DNA of 64,000 nucleotides from Eledone cirrhosa (lineage: Eukaryota), in assembly GCA_964016885.1 (NCBI GenBank), contig OZ024742.1, positions 23,560,001 to 23,624,000 on the forward strand, in the 5' to 3' direction. The notes under the pieces were generated by a model. It ran no database searches. It was not told where the DNA came from and saw only the letters and a list, made by a program, of their open reading frames with translations. The position numbers and the translations under genes are program-made. This document shows, piece by piece, positions 13,501 through 24,007 of the stretch; the first letter of the stretch is position 1; every line of letters starts with the position of its first letter.

Positions 13501-14479
13501 GTTAGAAATCATCAGGACTACATATCCAGTGCTTTTATCGAGAATGACACAGCTAGAGACTTATAGAATACTTAGCTGTGTACAGGAACTGGTTTGAAAG
13601 AGCGGTTGCCGGTCCGGCAGAAATTAGAAATTGGAATAAATGCTCTGAAATAGCGATATATATGTGAATATAGACATAGAATATTCGAAAATATTCTGTA
13701 TGTTTATAATAAACATTTTGAAGACCTAATCGCTATAGAATAGAATACGTCACGTATTACAATTAGATTCTCGATAAAAGCAAGGGAAGTAATCTACGCG
13801 TTTCATTCAAAATGTTTATTATAAACATACAGAATATTTTCGAATATTCTATGTCTATATTCACATATATATCGCTATTTCAGAGCATTTATTCCAATTT
13901 CTAATTTCTGCCGGACCGGCAACCGCTCTTTCAAACCAGTTCCTGTACACAGCTAAGTATTCTATAAGTCTCTAGCTGTGTCATTCTCGATAAAAGCACT
14001 GGATATGTAGTCCTGATGATTTCTAACAAGAATGAAACGCGTAGATTACTTCCCTTGCTTTTATCGAGAATCTAATTGTAATACGTGACGTATTCTATTC
14101 TATAGCGATTAGGTCTTCAAAATGTTTATTATAAACATACAGAATATTTTCGAATATTCTATGTCTATATTCACATATATATCGCTATTTCAGAGCATTT
14201 ATTCCAATTTCTAATTTCTGCCGGACCGGCAACCGCTCTTTCAAACCAGTTCCTGTACACAGCTAAGTATTCTATAAGTCTCTAGCTGTGTCATTCTCGA
14301 TAAAAGCACTGGATATGTAGTCCTGATGATTTCTAACAAGAATGAAACGCGTAGATTACTTCCCTTGCTTTTATCGAGAATCTAATTGTAATACGTGACG
14401 TATTCTATTCTATAGCGATTAGGTCTTCAAAATGTTTATTATAAACATACAGAATATTTTCGAATATTCTATGTCTATA

Positions 14480-14483
<4 letters not shown>
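10531..14483 (-). repeat. Retrozyme-like tandem array 2 (family E variant): 310-bp monomer, ~10.6 copies on minus plus ~2.2 inverted copies
   Basis: Units start at 10531, 10841 ... 13631 (period 310); orientation flips at ~13808; only about four substitutions seen among the units (11157, 12322, 12379, 13469). Confidence 0.95.
10689..10731 (-). ncRNA. Minimal type I hammerhead, family E variant (10 minus copies every 310 bp to 13479-13521; plus copies 14007-14049 and 14317-14359)
   Basis: GUAGUC-CUGAUGA-U UUCU aaca AGAA U-GAA-ACGCGU-A-GAUUAC. Confidence 0.88.
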
Positions 14484-14509
<26 letters not shown>

Positions 14510-14510
<1 letters not shown>

Positions 14511-14585
14511 TACACACACAGAAATGTATATATATTTCTGTGTGTGTATATATATATTACACACACAGAAATGTATATATATTTC

Positions 14586-14619
<34 letters not shown>

Positions 14620-14695
14620 ACACACAGAAATGTATATATATTTCTGTGTGTATATATATATATATTACACACACAGAAATGTATATATATTTCTT
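14510..14695. repeat. Palindromic minisatellite ACACACAGAAAT-GTATATAT-ATTTCTGTGTGT with variable TA spacers (also 15235-15365, 16360-16670, half-unit at 10478-10497)
   Basis: Repeated self-complementary unit read directly. Confidence 0.85.
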
Positions 14696-14814
14696 AGAAC
14701 AAAATTATTATTAATGTTTTGCTGTTCATAACAATTGGAATTGAAAAATTACTTTTGAAATTATTAGTTATTTCATTAATGCTTAGATATGTAAAAATGA
14801 AGCAATGTTTCTAA

Positions 14815-15007
14815 TAATTGTTTCTACTTTTGGCACAAGGCCAGCTATTACCCAGTACATTACTGGTACTTTATTTTATCGACCCCGTGAGGATGAAAGG
14901 TAAAGTTAACCTCGGCGGTATTTGAACTCAGAACGTAAAGGGACGTAACTCCATGCTATGAAGCATGGTGTCCGACTCTCTACAGATTCTGCCAATCCAC
15001 CACCCTA
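14815..15007 (-). mobile_element. tRNA-derived SINE (resembles Octopus OK-type SINE)
   Basis: A-box-like TGGCAGAATC and B-box GAGTTCAAAT followed by the conserved body gttaactttgcctttcatcc..ggggtcgataaaataaagtaccag; ~18 further copies or fragments in the window. Confidence 0.8.
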
Positions 15008-15280
15008 ATATCTGTACGCAACGAGGGAGTGAGAGGGGAGAGAAATAAAGGCAGAGGTGAAATGACGAAGTGACTCTCTCCTCCTCCGTCTCCCCTTTCG
15101 TCACAGCGATAGAGAGGAGGAATGTTAGTGGGTTACAAAGAGAAAGAGTGAGAGTGAGAGAGACAGACAGACTAAAAGAGAGGGATAGCTGGAGAGAGAG
15201 AGATAGCAACAGATACAGTACAGTAGCTAAGGGATGTATATATATTTCTGTGTGTATATATATATACATTTCTATGTGTG

Positions 15281-15320
<40 letters not shown>

Positions 15321-15415
15321 CACACACAGAAATGTATATATATTTCTGTGTGTGTATATATATATATAAGAGAGTATTGAAGTTTGCTTGAAGCATTGTG
15401 GAACAATAAGTAAAT

Positions 15416-16302
15416 ATTTATAAGTCGTTTGGAAGCCTTGACAATGCAAATGGGTAAATCTCCGTTTAACAAGGTCCGGTGGTGGAGAGAGAGATATGTA
15501 AGTGGTTGTATAAGATGTGTGAGATGTGTCGAATGAAGGGAAGAGTAAAAGAATAAAAATAATAATAACAGCACAAGAGAAAGAGAGTTACCTTGGGAGT
15601 AAGTATAGTCCCTATATATTTCGGATTCACATCCATCAAGTGGGTTTTTTTTTCCGGGGTGGGGGAAAAGGTTGTCTGTCGGACAACTCGGAACGCGTCT
15701 TTCCCTGTTTGTTGATTGGAATATCTGAGGTATTCGGCCGAGCGCGCGTGCGCGTGAAATGGGGTCGGTCGTACAGAGGTCAGCGGCCGAATGAGGGAGT
15801 GGGATGGCGCTAGCTGTCAGTCCATTCTCTGCCTGTTTGTTAAATGTTACTGTGTGTGTGTGTGTGTTGTTGTCTCGCTTGAGTGTGTGTGTGTGTGTTG
15901 TTGCCTTGTTCATCTGTATTGGCAGTGTAGTATGTTCGTATGGTGGAATGCTACTGTGTGTGTGTGTGTGTGTGCGTGTGGCAAGTGCTTCCTTAAAATG
16001 CCACACCTGGGCGAGAAAACCGACAGACAACCTTTTCCCCCACCCCGGTAAAAAAAACCCAGTTGATGGATGTGAATCCGAAATATATAGGGACTATTAA
16101 ATCTCTCCCAAGGTAACTCTCTTTCTCTTGTGCCGTTATTATTATTTTTATTCTTTTACTCTTCCCTTCATTCTACACATCTCACACATCTTATACACAC
16201 CACGCATCTCAACGTACAACCACTTAAATATCTCTCTCTCCACCACCGGACCTTGTTACCCGGAGATTTACCCATTTTCATAGTCGAGGCTTCCGAACGA
16301 CT

Positions 16303-16306
<4 letters not shown>
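15416..16306. mobile_element. Foldback/MITE-like element with ~270-bp inverted arms
   Basis: 15416-15684 is a diverged reverse complement of 16016-16306; ~330-bp GC-richer spacer; no hammerhead core found. Confidence 0.7.
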
Positions 16307-16361
<55 letters not shown>

Positions 16362-17419
16362 CACACACAGAAATGTATATATATTTCTGTATGTGTATAT
16401 ATATATATATTACACACACAGAGATGCATATATATTTCTGTGTGTATATATATATATATATTACACACACAGAAATGTATATATATTTCTGTATGTGTAT
16501 ATATATATATATTACACACACAGAGATGCATATATATTTCTGTGTGTATATATATATATATTACACACACAGAAATGTATATATATTTCTGTGTGTATAT
16601 ATATATATATTTCTGTGTGTGTATATATATATATATTACACACACACAGAAACGTATATATGTTTCTGTAGCACTCCTCAATTCCCCCCTCTTTCCCTCC
16701 CGCTATCCCCCTCTTGTAGTCTGTCTCTTTCTATCACTCTCACTCTCTCTCTACGCGTGCGCAAAAAACATTCGCACGCGCGCACGTGTTTTAGCGTCTA
16801 TTCTCACTCTCTCTCTCCCTCTCTCCCTCCCGCTATCCCCCTCTCGTAGTCTGTCTCTTTCTTTCACTCTCACTCTCTCTCTACGCGTGTGCAAAAAACA
16901 TTCGCACGCGCGCACGTGTTTCCACTGTCAGACAGACAGAGAAATTGCTGGTTATATATTATAAGGAGATATGTGTGTATGCATGTATGTACGTACGTAA
17001 GCGTGTGAGTGTGTGTGTATGCGTGTGTGTTTAAGTACAGACTTGCGCGCACATATTCGTATGCAAACGTATTTATATACAGAAACACGTATACGGGTTG
17101 ATAAATAAATTACACACGCATGTATACATAATACATTAATATAGAAAAACATTCAAGATTGTATAACTGAATGATTTTCATAGTTACCTGCTCTTCTCAG
17201 TTTCTGGTTTGTCTGTGTATGTTTGTGTGTGTATGTTAGTGTTTTCATGTGTTTGTTTGCTTGTTCCCTGATTCTATTTATGTGTGTGTAAATGTGTACG
17301 TACGATCTACAAGACTCTGCTGAAAATTTCATAGACTGACCAAGATACTCTCATGGAATGACCAAATGACGTTTATTTATTCCGTGGTTTTAGGTACGTG
17401 TGTATGAATAATGTATAAA

Positions 17420-17740
17420 CGCGTGGATTGGTGGTTACGATGTTCGGCTCCCGGTAATAACGATCGATTTTCGATTCTTGACGAACGGTTGTATCCTTGA
17501 GCAAGACATTATATTTCACGTTGTTCCAGTTCACTCATTTGGAAAAAAAATGAGTTGTACTTGTATTTCAAAAGACCTCCTTTGACAGACACTATGTCAG
17601 GCTGAATCTCCCCGGGACCTACGTTAACGTATGCATATCTGTGGTGGAATGTTCAGCCACTTGCACGGTAATTTGTAAGCAGATTGTTATGATGATCCAT
17701 TTAACTGGAACAATCATTGTCGTAACCGATGGAGATCCGA
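17420..17740 (+). mobile_element. Second SINE family, degenerate (related pieces at ~30-190, 18500-18740, 39895-40240, 40590-40810)
   Basis: tRNA-like head (tggtggttacgatgttcggctc...ttcgattc) then ccttgagcaagacattatatttcacgttgttccagttcactca; tail motifs (ctgaatctccc, gttgatc..actggaac) recur at the other sites. Confidence 0.55.
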
Positions 17741-18298
17741 CACACACACACACACACACAAATGATGTGTTTGTGTGTTTCTGTGTAGATTTGTATGCAT
17801 GCGTTTGTATAAATCAATGCGTATATGCTTCTATGTATGTGTGTATTAGTGGGAATGTGATTGTGCATATTGAAATGTGTCTTTATGTATATACGGATGT
17901 ATTTGCGTTTCTAATTTTGTATATGAGGGAGCTTTGGTTTAATGTTATTCGCAAAGGGCTGAGCTTTTAGCTTTATATGGGAAGTACGAACAGTGTTTAG
18001 AAGATATGCAAAAAAATCATGTTGGTATACAAATATCTTTCTCCTTTTTGCAGATTTAACACACGATGGCAGTACTTACGGTGGATTTTGGTAAATTTGC
18101 AGCATGTAAATACGACCATTATTGTTCCAAACGGTCCACTCTTAGCAAACACACTAAACCGAAAGCAAACCTGTACTCATGACTCCTGGTGAACCAACCC
18201 ACGACCCACCACTGCAAATTCAACGATATATTTATTTAAAGGTGCCCGTGTCAAAATGGTTGTCTATATAGGCACCTATAGGTAAACGTAAGGAATGC

Positions 18299-18416
<118 letters not shown>

Positions 18417-18903
18417 ATGTCTTAGTGGTTATCATGCTCCCTTCGTAAACAGTAATTCCTGTGTCTCATCTAGGGCAAACGGCGTTTAACAAGTGTGTGG
18501 TCGACGCATGCCTTGTGAGTAAAATTTGCTAGACGGAAACTGTTTGTAAGCCTGCCAGCTTCACTGCGCCAGTTATTCAAAGTACCGATTTTGTCACACA
18601 GTCTCCCTGAGAATTAAGTTATGCTTACACGTGTGTGTGAAATAATCAGCTACTTATATATACGTTAGTTTCATGAGCAGACTGTACCGTTGATCTAACA
18701 ACCGGAACAACCGGAACACTCATAGTCGAAGCCGGCGGAAGACCATCAATTTTATTTTATTATTATATATGTGTATTTGTAAATGTGTGTACATTAATGT
18801 CGGCATATAGGGGAAGATTATGCTTGCGGCTATAGGTAAGTGTTTACCTGTACCTATAAATGTAAGTCAGATGTGTGTATACGTGTAAAAACATACATAC
18901 ATG

Positions 18904-18953
<50 letters not shown>

Positions 18954-19132
18954 GTATAGGATTATCCAAGATGTAGTAATGGTTAATTACTACACTGAAT
19001 ATGGTTGACGTACGGTAAGAGTTATGGAAGAATTGTTCAAGAAACTTAGTTCCTGATCCTTCAGTATTCCGGAGTGTATATAAAGAATGAATAATAACAG
19101 GTAGACATCATAAAAAGGTAATTTATTCCGTG

Positions 19133-19244
19133 TGCTTACAAGTGTTTCCACGGTGGTACTGCAGCCTAGTTCCGCTACGTGCAAATTCACAAGTACTTGC
19201 AGAACTCGAATATCCAATGCTGTGACCACTGTTTCCTCAGAGCA
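19133..19244 (-). ncRNA. Type I hammerhead with long stem II, family F
   Basis: UGCU-CUGAGGA-A ACAGUGGU...ACCACCGU G-GAA-ACA cu UGU-A-AGCA; stem II domain ~85 nt. Confidence 0.7.
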
Positions 19245-19739
19245 GAATGGTAAATGTACAATGTAAATACCCTTAAGTGGGGTTGTTGGGGAAGATAGAG
19301 TAGAACAGGAAGAGAGAAAAGTAGCGAAGAGGGAGAGAGAAAGAAAGATATCCAGGGGTTGGAGAAGTAGGAGAGAGTGGCTTGTAGATATCTTAATCAA
19401 AATATTATGGTAGGGGTTTTATTATACTGGTTACTTTTGGAGAGATGCGTTGATAGTTAAGGTCGGAATTAGTTATTGCCCCAGAGGGCAGGTTCATAGA
19501 TGTTGAGAGGGAGGTAGGTCAAAGGTGAGAGAGAGAGAGTGTAATGGATGTAGAGAGAGATATAGGTAGAGAGGGGACAGATAAAGTATGTGTGGTGAGT
19601 GAACTTTTGGTTTTGTAGTAGTAATCTAGGAATTGCACTGAGTTACCATGTATAGTGATAAGCAGTGTATTGTCTTGTAGAGTGGGGGGAAGAGAAGGTT
19701 GTTAGCTAGAAAGTGGTGTTATAGTTACGGGTTCGAATG

Positions 19740-19905
19740 TTAAGTTATTTTATAGTGAGAGAATTTAGCTTTTAGTTTGTGGTTGCAGTATAATGATCGT
19801 TCAATTCTATCGTTAAGTAGTTTGTTTTTGGATTTTAATATGTAAAATAGCTCAAGGTTACATAACCTGCAGTACTTCAATCCACTCCGATATGCACTTG
19901 CGCTG
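19740..19905 (-). pseudogene. Penelope-type GIY-YIG endonuclease C-terminal fragment
   Basis: Manual translation SASAYRSGLKYCRLCNLELFYILKSKNKLLNDRIERSLYCNHKLKAKFSHYKIT matches the CxLC..E...I...LLN.R.E...C.H tail also present at 47457-47705. Confidence 0.85.
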
Positions 19906-19958
19906 GAAGCACACGGAATAAATTACCTTTTTATGATGTCTACCTGTTATTATTCATT

Positions 19959-20010
<52 letters not shown>

Positions 20011-20225
20011 ATAATAATAAATTTGAAGACTAAAATCCAAAGAGGGCTCGATAAGGATAAATATATATCAAATACATAAGAACCGTAGAGCAAATATTTA
20101 TTAAAATAACAGATTAAAGTTTAAGTAAAGAATCGCTGCTTTCACCCTTAACTTTGTTAGTTTCAGAAGATCCCGTTAAGGGTGAAAGCAGCGATTCTTT
20201 GCTTAAACTTTAATCTGTTATTTTA

Positions 20226-20280
<55 letters not shown>

Positions 20281-20286
<6 letters not shown>

Positions 20287-20696
20287 GATATTAAATAACT
20301 GGAAACTATATTTATAAAACCATATTTATTCTATTATATATATTTCAATGGTACCAAACCTTTGGTACGCTTTCATCAGTTAAAATACGAAGTGTGTTTT
20401 ATAAATGTTGACATAACCAAGGAAAATACCTTACCAGTTCAAGTTTTCCCTGGTATGGTATTTTCCTTGGTAATGTAAAAATTTATAAAACACACTTCGT
20501 ATTTTATCTGAAGAAAGCGTACCAAAATTTTGGTACCCTTGAAATATATATAATAGAATAAATATGGTTTTATAAATATAGTTTCCAATTATTTAATATC
20601 ATTGAATATTAAACTCCAGAAATGCTGTTGAGTCGTCAGAATCAGTTATAAACATTTATATTTGTTGAATTACCAACAAATTGAATATTCCTTCTG

Positions 20697-20700
<4 letters not shown>
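20281..20700. mobile_element. Family G foldback insertion in (TA)n; third partial copy at ~23075-23245
   Basis: 20281-20430 is the reverse complement of ~20455-20606; each arm carries a hammerhead. Confidence 0.8.
20501..20559 (+). ncRNA. Type I hammerhead, family G (also 20328-20386 on -, 23140-23199 on +)
   Basis: AUUUUAU-CUGAAGA-AAG c GUACCAAA au UUUGGUAC c CUU-GAA-AUAUAUAU-A-AUAGAAU; the other two copies have CUGAUGA, varying only at the free N7 position. Confidence 0.85.
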
Positions 20701-20729
<29 letters not shown>

Positions 20730-20895
20730 GTACGTTATTCCGGGTTGAGTCGGTGGTAACCACAGTAAGTAAGGTACTCAATACATTGCAGAGTATAAAA
20801 GTTTTAATATAGATGAGATTCTACAGGACTAGAATGAAACAGTTCTAGTCCTGTAGAATCTCATCTATATTAAAAGTATATATATATATGAATAA

Positions 20896-20947
<52 letters not shown>

Positions 20948-21050
20948 CGATACATATATATGTGTGTGTTTGTGTGTGTATTTGTGAATGTGTGTTAGAG
21001 AGAGGGAGATGTAAATATATGTGCGTAAGTATGAGTGTTTATGTATATAT

Positions 21051-21165
<115 letters not shown>

Positions 21166-21180
21166 GTATATATATGTATA

Positions 21181-21255
<75 letters not shown>

Positions 21256-21676
21256 TGTATTGAAGCGAAGGCGGAGACCAGTTCAGCGAGACATAACCGG
21301 AAACCTAATGGAAAGAAGAGCAAGCAACAACAACAGTAGCAACAACAACAACTAACAGCAACAACACCGTAAACATCAACAACAACAACATAAACAGAAA
21401 CGACAACAACAAGAGCAGCAGCAACTAGATAAACAAATACATATATAGAGCAGACAACAAAAAATTATAGCAAGTAGAAGATCAAATAAATAAATGTTTT
21501 ATTCAATAGATAACAATTGATTGATTTATATATCAACACAGATGTTTCATAATTTTATCTCATGCCAATGTATTGATTTGTTTATTTACTCTCGTTCCGT
21601 TATTGCTATAGTGTTTGTGTAGTGTTTATTTCGCTTACTCATATATTCTAATATTATAAAACATAGGGTTTTATAT

Positions 21677-21755
<79 letters not shown>

Positions 21756-21810
21756 TGTATGCATATATATATATATATATATCGGGAAAATTACCGGCCC
21801 TAGACATATA

Positions 21811-21849
<39 letters not shown>

Positions 21850-21852
<3 letters not shown>

Positions 21853-22824
21853 TTTCCGCTGTTACACGTCTATTTCGTTCTTACTGCTTCCTCTTTCTCT
21901 GTATCTTTACCCTCTCTAGCAGTCACTCTCTCTGTTAGCCTCTTCCTCACCCTTCACTCACTCATTCTCTGTTACTACCTCTCCTCCTCCTCCTTCTTCC
22001 CGTTTGACCTGTGCGTAATTCTTTTCTTTCGCACCCTTGGTCTGGCAGGTCGCTTTTTTCTCTCTCTCGTCTACGATTTCACAGAACTTACGTTCACCGA
22101 AATCACAGACTAGATTCCTTCTTCCTCCCGTTAGACCTGTACGGAAATCCTTCCTTGCTTACATTCCAACCAGGTTTGATGGTCTTTATTCTCTCTCGTT
22201 CACGATTTCACCGAATTTAAATTCATAGAAATTTGGGACTTGACTCCTTCTTCCTCACTTTTCGTTGCTTCACCATTTTGTTTGTTTACACTCGTGTTCC
22301 CTTTATTTACGTGTCCCAACGACTTTTTTTAGCCGTTGCTCGCACCAACCGGAGGTATATGGTCTTTAAAGCGATGAAATACCAATGATGGTTGGAATAT
22401 CACTGATGAAGGACTAACTTTATTCATATATATATATATACATATATGAATAAAGTTAGTCCTTCATCAGTGATCTTCCAACCATCATTGGTATTTCATC
22501 GCTTTAAAGACCATATACCTCCGGTTGGTGCGAGCAACGGCTAAAAAAGTCGTTGGGACACGTAAATAAAGGGGACACGAGAGTGTAAAGAAACAAAGAT
22601 GGTAAAGCAACGAAAAGTGAGGAAGAAGGAGTCAAGTCCCAAATTTCCATGAATATAAGTTCGGTGAAATCGTGAACGAGAGAGAATAATGACCATCAAA
22701 CCTGGTTGAAATGTGAGCAAGGAAGGAATTCCGTACAGGTCTAACGGGAGGAAGAAGGAATCTAGTCTGTGAATTCGGTGAACATAAGTTCTGTGAAATC
22801 GTATACGAGAGAGAGAAAAAAAGC

Positions 22825-22826
<2 letters not shown>
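21850..22826. mobile_element. Large palindrome of a pLTR-like sequence centred on a short TA tract
   Basis: ~22050-22425 is a diverged reverse complement of ~22445-22826; each arm ends centrally in a truncated CUGAUGA-AGGAC half-hammerhead. Confidence 0.7.
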
Positions 22827-22860
<34 letters not shown>

Positions 22861-23589
22861 CAAAGGAATTGTGGTAAGGAACCAGATGGACCATAACGCA
22901 CCAGACTACTCAATACTTATGGTAGTAGAGTGGGAAATAGGAAAAAGTATGACCACGACGGCTGAGCTCAAGCCGTTTCGACGGCTATTTCTGGTCCAGA
23001 AATAGCCGCCGAAACGGCTCAAGCTCTGCCGTCGGGGTTATACTTTTTCCTATATATATATATATTTTTTTTCCTTAGGAAAATTCAACTAATACGGTAT
23101 GTTACTTGGCTATGTCAAAATTTATAAAAGACACTTTGTATTTTATCTGATGAAAGCGTACCAATGTTTTTGGTACCCTTGAAATATATATAATAGAATA
23201 AATATGGTTTTATAAATATAGTTTCCATTTATTTAATATCATTGTATATATATATAGATAAATTACTTATAACGATACATAGATAGATATAGATATATTG
23301 ATCGTCAAGTATGAAATTTGTACAACTTTCTAGAGAAAAAACAAATTTCTACAGATTTGATACTTTACGAACTAATATATATATATGCACTTGCTTTTGT
23401 GTGTCACTTTGTATATACTAATAATTGTCTCTTTGAATTTAACATACATGTTTACTATGTAATATGTCCTCCATACATTTTCTCGCTGTGTTCTGCCAAT
23501 ATTTGCAACATTTTCTCTATTATTACACTCTTCATTCCTCACCTTTTCCTTTATCTATTTTTTTTCTTTTTACCTAAAAATGCAAATAA

Positions 23590-23620
<31 letters not shown>

Positions 23621-23736
23621 GCTACTACTAGTACTACTACTACTCCTACTACTACTACAACTCCTCCTCCTCATCCTCATCCTACTACTACTACTACTAC
23701 TACTACTCCTCCTCCTCCTCCTACTACTACTACTAT
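23590..23736. repeat. (TAC)n/(TCC)n trinucleotide tract at the 3' end of the LINE
   Basis: Direct periodicity. Confidence 0.95.
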
Positions 23737-24007
23737 TAATGATTACATTTATTAACCACAAGGGCCGACATTTAGGGGACAATACAAAAGACTGGGACAG
23801 TGGGGTTTTACAGAAAAATCGGGTAAACAATATAATATGAATCACAATAACAAAGTAACAATAAAGTAACAATAAAATTACAACAAGAAAAAATTCTCCA
23901 ATTGGGGGGATGACCACCTAGGGTTCGCTCAGGTACCCCACCAGACCTGAACGACCCGACGCTTCGAGAGCACCCTGGAAGGGCAGCCCTCTCCTCCTCA
24001 AATTTAC

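Larger units (their letters stand above)
19075..19965 (-). mobile_element. 5'-truncated Penelope-like element (family F): GIY-YIG C-terminus, 3' UTR, hammerhead and inverted 5' piece
   Basis: Coding remnant plus hammerhead on the minus strand; 19906-19965 is the reverse complement of 19077-19137; TA flank. Confidence 0.85.

Noticed and set aside
10531-14483. CRISPR-like or centromeric satellite interpretation of the arrays
   Set aside because: No unique spacers or cas genes; the units are full-length near-identical monomers each with a ribozyme, bounded by TA and an inversion.
14510-16670. Palindromic repeat with variable spacers resembling a CRISPR array
   Set aside because: The spacers are only TA runs of differing length.
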